Origin: Harriotta raleighana
Lineage: Eukaryota
Assembly (NCBI GenBank): GCA_050575255.1
Contig: JBNZDD010013726.1
Coordinates: forward strand, 8,136,959-8,200,958
Direction: 5' to 3'
DNA length: 64,000 bases
Translations under genes and position numbers: made by a program
Notes under the pieces: generated by a model
Seen by the model: only the letters and a program-made list of their open reading frames with translations
The model's database searches: none
Told to the model about the DNA's origin: nothing
Shown: positions 42,601-55,800 of the stretch, in pieces
How the letters are laid out: the number at the start of each line of letters is the position of its first letter
How positions within the stretch are numbered: position 1 is the stretch's first letter

Positions 42601-45600
42601 GCATGTCATCCCGACGTGAAAGGCGAGATACAAACATAGTTTTGTTGTTGCTGTTGTTGTTTGACTTACTATGTGCTTCATTTTATTTTATGTACTTACA
42701 TACTTATGTACTGTACTCCATTGTATATTTCAGCACAGTGACTCAGATATAAAAGATGTGTAGTAAAATTTGGAAACTCAAATCGGTCAAAATGATAAAA
42801 ACATTGTTTCATCATGACTTGTATTCTCTATTTCCCATAATACGATTGCCTCACATCAAGCATTATGCTTGAGTAAGAAAGCTAACAATATGTTAGCAGT
42901 AGGTAAAAATTTACATTTTATTAACATTTTAATATCTAAAATTAACATTTTACACAGATTGCCTCCAAAGGTTGGTTTCAGAAAAAGAGAAGCATAATGG
43001 GGACCAAGATACTCTTAGTTTGTGACATACTAAAATAAATAAATTCTAGGAGTAGAATTAAATAAATTCTAGGATTTGTATAGTGCCCTTCACATAGGCT
43101 AATGTCCTATTGCCCTGATCATGATCACGCCAAATGTACTGTACAGTTAACCCTCGTCGAACGCGACTTTATCGATTCCGAATTCAAGTATACGCGACAA
43201 AACAAAAGCATCACTTTTTTGTACAGCGCGCGTAAAACTTGTGTATACGCTCTGGCTGGCCCCCGCGCACAATGCATTCTTGGATAAGTTTTTGATAACT
43301 GTTTGGCCTCGGAGCATCGTGATGGCATTGCGTGGTAAACAGAAGAGAGAGAGAGAGAGAGTCTCCTACAGTAATATAGCTGTGGTTTTATTGCTTTATT
43401 GCTTTTTAAAAATTGTTTTACTGCTTTGTTATCGCTTTATAGCTGGCCGCCTGCTGCTCTCTGATCCCCACCCCGAGCGCCTCCGTACTCCACCCCCACC
43501 CCGCCCCCGAGCGACTCTCTGGTCCCCCCCGCCCCCGAGCAGCTCTCTGCTCCCACTCTCCCCTCCCCCGGTTTCTCTCCCTCCCAGGCTCCCCCTGATT
43601 TGCCCACTTCCCGGGTGGTAGGGGAGACGAAAGCAGGAGGTGGGGGGAAGCAACAAGAGCAGGGAGAGGCGGGTGGAGAGAGGTGCGGGCCAGTCTGTAG
43701 CCCGCCTCAGTACATACCATACATTCGTCGGATGTACCTGGAGGCTTGAGGTGGGTAGCCTATGATTGGATTCCCCTAACCCCCCTTTTCCCATTGCTTG
43801 TTAAGCTTACCCGACGCGATTTTATCGAGTGCGCAGTTTTCCAGGAACGTAACCCCCACGATCGACAAGGGTTAACTGTATTGCAGTTATTAAATGTAGT
43901 CCAAAGTTCAATTCTTTCATAATGCTTTGTAAATGTAAACAATTTGTCTGCTGAAACATTTAATGGAACAAATTAATATCAATATTGGCCCCAACTCTCT
44001 GTTTCTCTGTATCGAGGTTGAACATTGAAAACAAACAGAGCTCTTGAGAAAAGGAAATGCAAACACATTTGTTTAGCAGATATTAAAACAACCGGCCAAC
44101 AGTTCGGCAGCAATGAGCATGCAATTGGGTATTGATATAAAACAGCATGAAATTATCTTTTAGGAACGTGGAAACCCAGTTAGGTATCACCTCTCCAACA
44201 TTTGTTATATAATCATTCATTCAGTATTTTCAAGAAAGCATAGTTTCATCAGAAATGCTTACCTACTTGCTTGCAAGCAAAACATGGAAGTTTCTAATAC
44301 ATTAACAATGAGATCCACAAAATTGTCCGTGGGCATGGAGTCCCTAATTGGATTCCTTAAATAAGGAAAATCCATTTGAAATTCTTGCTTTGTTGTCTCT
44401 AATAACCACACAAAATTACCACCATGAACAATGTTTTGGGAAGGGTTTTCAAAGTGCACACTTCGCAAGATATTTTTTCATGATCTTTTTAATTTCTAAT
44501 TAACTTCTCCTACACCTGGTTGTTTTCATTTTACTATCATCCATTGGTTCATCTGCCTTGTAGGTGTAAAGAATAAATGGGCTGAAATTCCAGTCAGCCT
44601 TATGGGGACAGCTCCTTTGGGGACATACGATTATAATGGGGAAATCCCATTAGTGTCTGACATCGCCAAAGGCACTACACATAACACCTCCTGAAATTTC
44701 AGATAAAAGAACATGCAATAATCTATATTGGTCCTGCCAATCTCATTGCTATAGGAGGAATGCTTCTCTGCATTAAATATAGTGTCACACATGCTTGCTG
44801 CATTTGTGTTGCAAAAAGCCAAAACAACTCACAGTACTCATTACAATTAAGTTTAAATGTAATTTGAGAAATAAATTTGAAGTCAAACACACTAACAAGA
44901 AGAGTTGCCAGATTACGATTCACACCATTAAACTCTCCAGACAGTTATTGCATACAGGAAGATGGATTATTCTGTTGCCAATGCTAATAGCACTGATCCG
45001 TGAGGAAACACCAAGATACTGTATTGCATCCTGTTATTAGGCCCACCAGTTTTGCTATGGTACAAAGATGGCTGTTACACAGGTGTTTTATACTGAGGTT
45101 TTTATTGTGATAATGAAACAATTGATCCTAAATTTTAGGTGACTAAATAATGTAATTAACCAATAAAATGTTTACATCATTGTAATACCAAATTCTGGCA
45201 AGATGCTCAAATACCAAACTCCAAGCTCATCATTGATAATTCCTTCTAGAACAGCATCATATTCGTTCTCTAAGGCAGAATCCAAACAGGTATTATTCCA
45301 ATATATGACCTGCAAATGTTGTATCTGCTGTTCTGTTCGCTTTATGGCTGATCAAACATTTGGTTTGAATGTCTATAATCTATATTTGGTAAAAGCTATG
45401 ATTCACTGCTTTTGTCTTTCTTATCCATAATTTATAGCCCTTGGTATGATTTGACTTTGACGTGCTGAATTCATTGCTGGAAAAGTATTACTATTACTCT
45501 CTTTAAAATTGGAATGTATTGTTCCATTTAATTATGGTAATATGGAAGCCTACTATTTTGGACTGGATACCATTGACTTTGCTTATCAATCAATACCTAG

Positions 45601-48600
45601 TCTCTCTTACGTCAAGAGAAATGAACAGCTCAATGAAATGCAAATGTGAAAGATCACTGGGTACCAATGCAATGATTGACATTAAAGTTAAATACATAGC
45701 ACAGCAATAATAATCCTTGCATGTGATACATCGCCTTTCAAGTCAAAAGGATATTCCAGAGCACTTCACAGGATTTACTATAAAGTACAGCAAGTGCACA
45801 TTTTGTAACAAGCAGCCAATTTGTGCACAGTAATATCCTATACATTGACATTTATTTCATAGCTGTATCAAACGCATGGATTATTGTTGTTATTAGTGGA
45901 ACAGATTGGGACCTTGGAACATTATATCTGAAATACTGCACTGACAATGCTGCACTGACAATATTCCACTGGATTGGAATATCTCAACCCAGGCCCGGAA
46001 TCCCAACATAAGACAAAATCTCATTTTAAATATCTGGAAAGAATCTATTTCACGATATTTTAAAACATGATTTCTGTAACTCTCCCGAAGGTTTTTAAAA
46101 AAAAAAATTGTTGATTTCACAGGATTCTGTTCTGCCTCCTCCTCTGCATTTTAGGAGCTCATATATATGTTCATTCCTCTGTTCCATTGAAACAGGATGA
46201 TTTTGATTTTNCTTTCACGATATTTTAAAACATGATTTCTGTAACTCTCCCAAAGGATTCTGTTCTGCCTCCTCCTCTGCATTTTAGGAGCTCATATATA
46301 TATGTTCATTCCTCTGTTCCATTGAAACAGGATGATTTTGATTTTCATCTACTCAACCTAATTTAACTTTCTGTCGTAAGCTGCAAATGTCATGGGACTA
46401 TCACATACATGGTTGACATTTGCTTGATATCTTGAAATATGTAGCAACGCCATTTGTTTTATTTTCCAAATGTGAAGTTGCAACACTTTTCAATATTTAA
46501 AAAAATCTTTACAGAATAAGAATTGTATTGAATTTGCAGGGCATTGGTAAGGGAAGGTACCTAGTGCCTGGGTAATATTCAGTACCTAGTGCTGAATATT
46601 ATTAATTTGGAGCAGCGAAAGACACAAGCTTGGGTGCTGCTCAGCACATTTTAATAATAAAACTAAAAAAATGTCCTTAGCTGTTTTCATTTGGTCTTTT
46701 GATACAGGAAGTTAAAAGTATAGGTTACCTTGTCATATTGAGAGAAAAGAAATTCAGGTTTGGGAGTTGTATTTAGGCACACTATGGTATCTCCTAGTTA
46801 GAAGAATACATGGACAGTGGGCTGGCACAAAATCTCCTGCCTGCTTCATTCCCGGTGTCAGGTTAGTTAGACAAAGCAAGCAAGTTAAAAATACAGTGAA
46901 TGAAGAGTGCAGAAAATAAATTGCAGGTTACATTTCTCTCATAACTGCCCAAAACAGGTAGCCTTGAGTTGCATCACCAATGTTAACTGCATGCATTTCT
47001 GTATACAAACAAACATTTCTTCTACCTCACTCTGATTAATGAGAATACATCAATTCACTGAGCAAATAATGTGCGGAAAGTCAAATAAATCAATGAAGCC
47101 AAGATACTCAACCTAATACTAATAAACGGAAAAGACAGATACGGAGAAGTAATACAATGATTAGCTAATAACTCTCTTGTAGAATGTTATCTACAGATCC
47201 CTTTGTTTCCAATGTCACAGAGAATCTTGTTAGTTCGTGTCCTTATTGATATGTTATTGAATGCAACAACAACAACAACACAATTACATTTGGAGAGTGT
47301 GTTTCACGTTGGGAGCACATTTCCGTGTTTGTGTTATTCTTGTAAACAAGTGTGCTGCAATTGGCAGTGACATGATAATATGCTTTAAGGAAAAAACTGT
47401 TATTGTATGGCTTTGTTCACATAATTATTCATTAAAATTTCTTTCTATTTTAATGCAACTCCTTAATATAGTAATAATATTATTAGAATAAGAANNNNNN
47501 NNNNNNNNNNNNNNNNNNNNNNNNNNNNNNNNNNNNNNNNNNNNNNNNNNNNNNNNNNNNNNNNNNNNNNNNNNNNNNNNNNNNNNNNNNNNNNNNNNNN
47601 NNNNNNNNNNNNNNNNNNNNNNNNNNNNNNNNNNNNNNNNNNNNNNNNNNNNNNNNNNNNNNNNNNNNNNNNNNNNNNNNNNNNNNNNNNNNNNNNNNNN
47701 NNNNNNNNNNNNNNNNNNNNNNNNNNNNNNNNNNNNNNNNNNNNNNNNNNNNNNNNNNNNNNNNNNNNNNNNNNNNNNNNNNNNNNNNNNNNNNNNNNNN
47801 NNNNNNNNNNNNNNNNNNNNNNNNNNNNNNNNNNNNNNNNNNNNNNNNNNNNNNNNNNNNNNNNNNNNNNNNNNNNNNNNNNNNNNNNNNGAGAGGGGAG
47901 CTGAAGGCACGGTCGAAGAGAAAGGTCTTGAGACCGGCCTTGAAAGAGGAAAGGGAGGGAGCGAGGCGAAGGCACTGGGGGATGGAGTTCCAGAGCCTGG
48001 GGGCTGAGCAGCTGAAAGCCCGGCCGCCAATGGTAGGGCGGTTAGGGCTGGGGATGTGGAGCAGACCAGAGCCAGAGGAATGGAGGGTACGGGCAGGTAG
48101 ATAGGGGGATAGTAGGTCGGAGAGGTAGGAGGGAGCAAGGCCATGAATGGCCTTGTAGGTGAGGATGAGGATCTTGAAGTCGATCCTCTGGGGGATGGGG
48201 AGCCAGTGGAGATACCATACTCAAACTGCTATATTATGTTTTATGCATTCAATGTCAGTTTTGGAAATCATTCACACAACTCCAGTTATTCAGTTCCTGG
48301 TGATCAATCGATGCATTCAGGCACAAGAAAACAAGTTAAAAATTCAAAATTGTCCTTAAAATTTTTACGCTAAATTGCAGCATAAATTTGTTCAATATAG
48401 AATTCAAATTTTTTTCTACAAGGTTTCACAATTCGGGCTTGCACAGAGTCACACTCCTGGCTTAAAGCACAGTCCTTCTATTTCCTGGCAATTCCTCATC
48501 CAGAATGTCTCAGTGACAATCCTACATGCAAACGCGTCAGATTGCTGAATTACAAAAATCAAATCAGTTCCCATCTTGGACTTCAGGCGACACTGCCTCA

Positions 48601-51600
48601 CCCCTCATGCTGCTGAGATACTGGTCCACGCCTTCATCACCTCAAGGCTGGACTATGGGAACTCTCTCCTCGTGGGCCTTCCCGGCTCCTCCATCCACAA
48701 GCTGCAGGTCATCCAGAACTCTGCAGCTCGTGTTCTCTCCCGCACCAGGCTTCGAGACCACATCACTCCCACCCTCGCCCGTCTCCACTGGCTCCCCATC
48801 CCCCAGAGGATCGANNNNNNNNNNNNNNNNNNNNNNNNNNNNNNNNNNNNNNNNNNNNNNNNNNNNNNNNNNNNNNNNNNNNNNNNNNNNNNNNNNNNNN
48901 NNNNNNNNNNNNNNNNNNNNNNTTGTTGTTGTTGTTCAGTGAATGAAGTGACCCTATTCGAATTCATTTGGCCAGAGTATTAGGTGTTGCATTATTTAAG
49001 ATGCTTCGAGTTGCCATGACATCTAATTCTTTCCTCAAAGAATGCTGAGTAAACTATATCACTGGGAGTTCACAGTTCCAACATAAAGCCTGTCCTCAGC
49101 CCTCGTTCCACTAAATTAACCTGATATTGCAAGACAGGCTACAGCAGGAATGGTGAGTCGACAATTATATCACTTACCCTAATTTGTAGGTGTGTTTCAG
49201 GTGATCTAAGCATTTATGCAAATGATAGTGGTCCAACCAGAAATTTAAAACTACCGTAAAGCAGTCAAACTAGTTAAAATTGTGAAGAAAGTACAATGTG
49301 TTCAAATTAATAATCTTTTCGCTAGTGATTCCTATAATTANAGAAAACAGTCAAACTAGTTAAAATTGTGAAGAAAGTACAATGCGTTCAAATTAATAAT
49401 CTTATCGCTAGTGATTCCTATAATTATTAACGGGATCATAGAATCTTAAATATTNGTAAAGCAGTCAAACTAGTTAAAATTGTGAAGAAAGTACAATGTG
49501 TTCAAATTAATAATCTTTTCGCTAGTGATTCCTATAATTATTAACGGGATCATAGAATCTTAAATATTTCAACATTAAGAAGAGGCGATTCTGCACATCA
49601 AGCCTATGATAGTGAATTATTCAATACGTGTTCAGTGTTTCTAGAAATAGTTTTCTTTTCAAATGGGTTTAAGATCTGTTTATACACATAAACCGCATTG
49701 CCTCTAAATCAGCCTTCACTGACTTTAATACTAAATATCTCTGTGCATCAAACAGCCAACTGAAACAACTGAACAACGGATTGCAAATCATGCTCTTTTT
49801 GCGAGTCTTGAAAAATAATCATCCTTGCACTTGTTACAGCACCTTAACACATTATTGAGATGCATATTAGGTGTATTTTGTGGGAAAAATGCAGCAACCA
49901 GTTCCACGAAGCATCCCACAAAGTCTAGGATTGAACGACCACATTTTTTCCAATTTGTTTGATATAAGAGGAANACAGCGTCCCACAAAGTCTAGGATTG
50001 AACGATCACATTTTTTCCAATTTGTTTGATATAAGAGGAATTTATTACCCCCACTAATTGACTAACGACCAGATTCCAGGAGTCGAACTGACTTTCAGTG
50101 TCGTTGTCACCTGTTTACATGCAGCGTAAGAACAACTTTCCCTGCACACATTGTCAAGGTATGTAATAGTGTACAGACACACAAGGAGAATTACAGTTTT
50201 CAGCAGCAATGTTCGTTTTCCTCCAAGACATTCTGAATATGAAGCTGTGCAATGTCACCTCACTCTGCCTGAAGATGTGTGGATTTCTGAGAGGATAGCA
50301 GTAGCTTTTTGCAAGATTAACTATTTTCCACATGATAGAATGCTACAGTCTGTTGAAACTACGATCAGCTGCTCTTCACTCAGTCCCAGATTTGTATTTA
50401 ATAGAGAACGTGCAGTAGGGGATATTATTCATGGGAGAGACAATAGTTAAATTTCCACTCCAGCAAGGCACAGTTCAATAAACTGCCCAAATTGCAAGAG
50501 CTAATAATACTGTCTATCACGCAGCATGCATATTAAACATGTGCTGCCTGATGTACTTTCAACCTTGACCCTGGAACGTCTTCTACTCGAGCAAGAGCAC
50601 AGTGGTGGAAGACAATGTGAACACAACCATTTGGCTGGTTGCAGCAACTGACGGGCTGTGAAAGTTTGACGTATCTAATATGGCAAGATTGCATGGAACA
50701 TGATAGGGAGCATTTGGACAAACAACTCTGCAGGAAAACAGAAAGAGTCAGTCAGTGGAACCCTATTGCGGGGAAATAGCGGGTGACTGGAATGCTAAAT
50801 TCGAACAGGCATGTAGATAACGGGGACAAGGAGGGAATAGTTCAGATGTAAGGGTTTATTTTTCTAGTTAAATGAAACGAGACGGCTTAATGTCCAAAAT
50901 GTTGGCTTACAACCATGCGGTAAACAAAATACAGCATTTAAATTTTATCTGAGTGCAAACAATAAAATGACCCCTCGTTTGCTTTTCCCAGCAACAATGA
51001 ACAGTAGTATTAACCAAAACCAGAAGTTTCTGGGAAAACTCAGCAGGTCAGGCAGCATCCATGGAGAAAGGAAAGTGAGTCAACGTTTCGGGTCCACGAC
51101 CCTTCGTCAGAACTGGTATTAATCAGTTTATTCCACTCGTAAGAAAGAGCACTGCTTGTCATCTGGAGTAACATTGGAGTACCCACTCCATGAGGGAAAT
51201 AACCGAGATGAGTCCATCATCATCATTAATTTAATAGCAGCCTCTCAAGCAAGGAAGAGTGTTAATAAATAAATCTTACATTTGATATAATGCCTTTTAT
51301 ATCATGGAGAGTGAACACACAATCGGGTGACTCAGAAGCAACTGTATTATCAATTAATTGAGCAGGCTGACACCAAACCATACGTATGTGGGTGAAGGAT
51401 AAACACTGATTAAGTTAGGGTAAAGTTCCTTTTGGTGTAGTTAAGAATCAAATCAAACCTCCCTTCATTCAAAAGGAGAACTTGCAGGGATCAAACCAAT
51501 TTGTTCCGATTTTAAATATATCTCTAAATTCGTTTACATATAAAGGTATAAAAACTTTGCAACCACTAACAGTGAATTATTTAAAAGTACACTCATGCTG

Positions 51601-54600
51601 ATGGTGATTTTTTTAAGTATCAAGGAATAATCTCTAAAATGTACTTTATTAGCAATTGATGACGTAAGCAAAGGAACAGAAAAGGTTACTCCCCCCAAAA
51701 ATCAGTCTGACATTTTTATTGGCAAACCACAAGAACATCTGGCCTCAGGTGTTCACGACAAAATTAGCCTTTACCTTAACTGGGAAATTCACAAGCGAAC
51801 TGGTCAGATTGCCGGTGTTGCACTTGAAATTCAGATGCTGGTCCCTACGATTCTCTGCATCCCAATCCCGTGTCCCCGCATCATGGATCAATGATCTCTC
51901 CGAATTCAGGCTCAATTTCTGGAAAGCAGTGCACGTCATGCCGGTGAAACTAGCTGGCTTGATCATGAAAGCCTCTAGTGCAACATTCATGGAAACCTGG
52001 TGAAAATACACACGAGCAAAAGGAACTCCAATTAGTTGAAAAACAAAGAGTCAAAATGGTCCCATATTCAGATGCCTGAAATGCAAACACTTTATTGTTG
52101 TCGTTTTGTCGATTTTGTTACCTATTGCTATTTTTTTTTCACTCAGGGGAATGATGTAATCTCATTCATTTAATTCCATGCCATTAATTGTTGGCTGGCG
52201 GTGATTTGAGAAGAACAGAAATTGCTCAGCCTTGCATGGAATTGTAAAAGAAACCTAGTGTTTATTTTATTTACAAACTGCATCAAAGCATTCTTTAATA
52301 TGGCTTACAATTTGGCTTTAATTGATGAGACAGAGCAGATTTATTAAAATAAGTAAAAAGAGGTCAGATTACTACAGCTGAATTTAAGATACACATCAAC
52401 AAGAATAATTGTACAAATGATTAAACAGCAGCGTATCCTGAAAGAATTTAGAGCTTAGGACTCAATCAACAAAATTCAAGTAAGCTTGATTACATTTTAC
52501 ACAATGAAATTGCATTTACATGCAAAGTGCATTTCAATAGCTGGCCTGCTTTGCCAGGAAATTGTAGTCGTGGAATGATGGGTGAATTTCCAAACAAGGA
52601 ATGTGAACAGCACTAGAGAGATCACCATCAAATACTGGAAATCAGAAATAAAACCAATTATACTTAAAAATGCACAGCTGATTAATCAGTATCTAGAAGA
52701 GACGGGTTAGGTGAGCATTTGGGATATCATTCTTATTCTGAACCTTTAAATCATAGCTTTGAAATCATTGACTTGCAGTGTTTTTAGTTTGAACATGATC
52801 TGGGGCCTGAAATATTAAACATCAGAAATCTTCCTTCTAAATGTAATAGAAAGAACACTCAGGTTAGCGTGCCCAGGTTCAACACAGAAAGTCTCATATA
52901 AATATATATTCCTTTGAACATTTTAATAATTAAAGTTCTCCAGGCAAGAATACATTACAGTAGCTTTAGCTCAATTTAAATGAAAGCTCACATATTCTTG
53001 CCTGAAGGCTTCAACTGAACTTCAACATCACTTCATGCTGTTGTAGCTTTAGATTCAGAAAGCAGTAAACTAATCTACACACTCTTCTTGGATACCTTAA
53101 ATTGAAATATTTTGATATTGTATTTTACCCACTCAGTGTTGAAAAGAAAAACGCAACATTTTATTGTCAAATTGCCACCAATGCTTAGATCATTATATAT
53201 TTAATCAAGACTGCTGACATTTCTGTGCATGCAATCTTGCAAAAAACACACATCAACAGAAGCAGAATGCTGGAAGATTGTGCTAGCAGATGAATTATTT
53301 GGATACATGTAAGATGTGTTTAATGTCACTCTTAGCATTCTGGCATCTCAGAAGTTTGAATACAAGTAAAGCATGACAAAAAACTTTGCTTTCATTATTA
53401 AGATCTTGTTGCAAGCCATTAAGAAGGCCTTTAATTCTTGTGGATTGTGAGCTGCGAACGTATTAAATAAAATATATGGAGGAAAAGAGTTGTTTGTGTC
53501 GGTCACTGCGATGTAGATCTGATCTTTCGCTTCTATTGGATACACTGGAATTCATTTCTGATCAGATAAATGCACAACTCTAGTTGTTAATATTTCTTTA
53601 ATACCCAACTGGCTTCTTCTAATATGTATAGATTTGTGCAGAATATTTACATCAATAACAAAGGCATTTTAATATGTTAAAAAACCTAAAATTGTATTTA
53701 TTTATTGGGAATTCTTTTTCGTGCATTCGTGAAGATTAACTACAACATTGGGACAAAATGGTGCACTTTAGAAAAAGAAATCCCTAAACAAAAGCAGTTT
53801 GCTCAATAGTTTTCATGCATAAACAGCAAAGTCCACTTGTTTTCTAATCAAGCATTATATTTAATGTTATATTTAATGAACTAGTAAGTTCATGTTGGTA
53901 CCTTGTGCTTGTGCTCAAGCGCTCTGAGATGCCATCCGGCGTGGAGGGCGCTATATAAATTGAAGTTGTTGTTGTTGTTGTTGACCCCCACAAATGTTCA
54001 TTATTTAGTAGATAAATTGAGGGTGACGGAACTGCAAGATTTTCACGAGAACGACTGGAGGCTTGCTGAGCCCCTTCACCCTTTCTGTACCAATACAGAA
54101 TACAATGCTGGAGTAAATACCTTTGAAATAACCTGCGTATTGCTCGTCAGCACAAGACTTGCAATGAGTTCTACACATTGCACCATTCGGGTGCAAGCCT
54201 TTTCTTCATTCTGTGCCATCCATAGTATGTGTTCATCCACCATCATCATGTTACTGGCTATTTCGGTGATGTGTCCTCCCAGCTGCGAAATAAAATGTGA
54301 CGAGTTATTTGTATAATTTGTCTAGGTTACTTTGCATCACAATGTACAAACACAGTTTGGTGTGAATGTTCTCTACACATTTCAAGCTAGGGTGCCTTAA
54401 ATTAAATGAGGACAAGAACTTTTAGCATCTCTGAATTTGGGATGTTTGTTTTCAGCTTGATTCAGGATTGCGTTTTCTTCCAAAGCGGTTGAATTCTTTG
54501 CACATTATTTTGTGGTGAAAATTCAACAAGTGATTACCACCAGCAATAATTAGCAATGGCTAAATTATATCTCTGGAAAATGTGGTCGAATACAGATAAT

Positions 54601-55764
54601 AATTATCAAAAAAAAGGCAAAGAATATCAACCCTCTCATCTCATCCCTTTGAAGACTAATAAACACCAGGCTCTCATTTCCTAATCTGATATACAGCTCA
54701 TGTGTTACTATTTCTTCCTCAAAATAAAATGCCAGTCCATGAATCTGTTTGAAGCCAGACTGTCTCTCTACATCTCCTTGATGTGCCCCTTCTTTACCTC
54801 TGGTTTAACGGAGCTCAATAGTTTTGCAAATCTGTGGACCCAAAACATTTTGTCTTAAGTGTTTTTAAGTCTATTTATTTGAGAACACAGGATAAGAAAA
54901 CCCTAAAAGCAAATATGCAAAGCTTGACATTTATGCAGCAGATAAAGTGTGTTTCTGTCAATTTGAACTTGCAATAAATAAACTTAGAACCCTATACAGT
55001 ATGTTGTCCCCAGAATTGGGGTGAGATTTCCCTGTTCCTGCAGTGCTTGTAAGGAAAATCTAATTTTGTTTTTGACGACTTCACATTAATGAGGTCAGAA
55101 AAATTATTTTTCTATGGAATCAACCCTATTTATTGCAAGCTCAAATCGACAGAAACACACTACATTTTATAAGGCTTCAGTGTTTATCCTGGCTTTAATT
55201 AATCTTCAACAGGAAAGAGTTGAAGCATTTGTCATTAACAGAGCTTATTACAATGGCATTTGAGAATACTTAGTACCAAAGTCCTATGTTTAAGTATGGA
55301 TTTTACAGTATTTTAAACCCAATTCAGAAAAGTTCCAACAGGTAACCTGTTGTTTTTGGAAGTAGAGCTTGCAGATGGAATGCCAATATTCCTACAGGAG
55401 AATCGTTTTGCAGTTTAACCTGAATTGAGATAACGATGGATAGAAACAGCACAATTGTACAGTATTCTATTGGTATATTGTACATATTGCCAATTTTGGG
55501 GAGGGAATTTTATGGAAATCAGGGTGAAACTCCACCTGCCCACAAAATCTTGGCTCCCCAAATCTTGGCTCTTGTCAACCTACACCTAATATTCTTTAGT
55601 AGTCAGTTGGTTGGGTGAATCCCAGCAGGAAGACAGTGTGCACTCCATTCAGACATATGGAAATGTCCATGTGTATGTGGCACACAAAGGCGAGACTATG
55701 AATTAGGTCTGGACGCTCTTAAACATGGCGATGGGTTTCCGCATGTGCAATACAGATGGCAGAC

Positions 55765-55800
<36 letters not shown>

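Noticed and set aside
47425-48144. 239-aa and 170-aa ORFs; also Pro-rich ORFs at 43241-43794
   Set aside because: Produced by N gaps, L2 sequence or the GC-rich MITE interior.
54131-54133. Alternative donor CAG|GTTATT for the 54282 exon
   Set aside because: Weak consensus; the donor at 54121 gives the length expected from the paralogues. It is in-frame, so minor use cannot be excluded.
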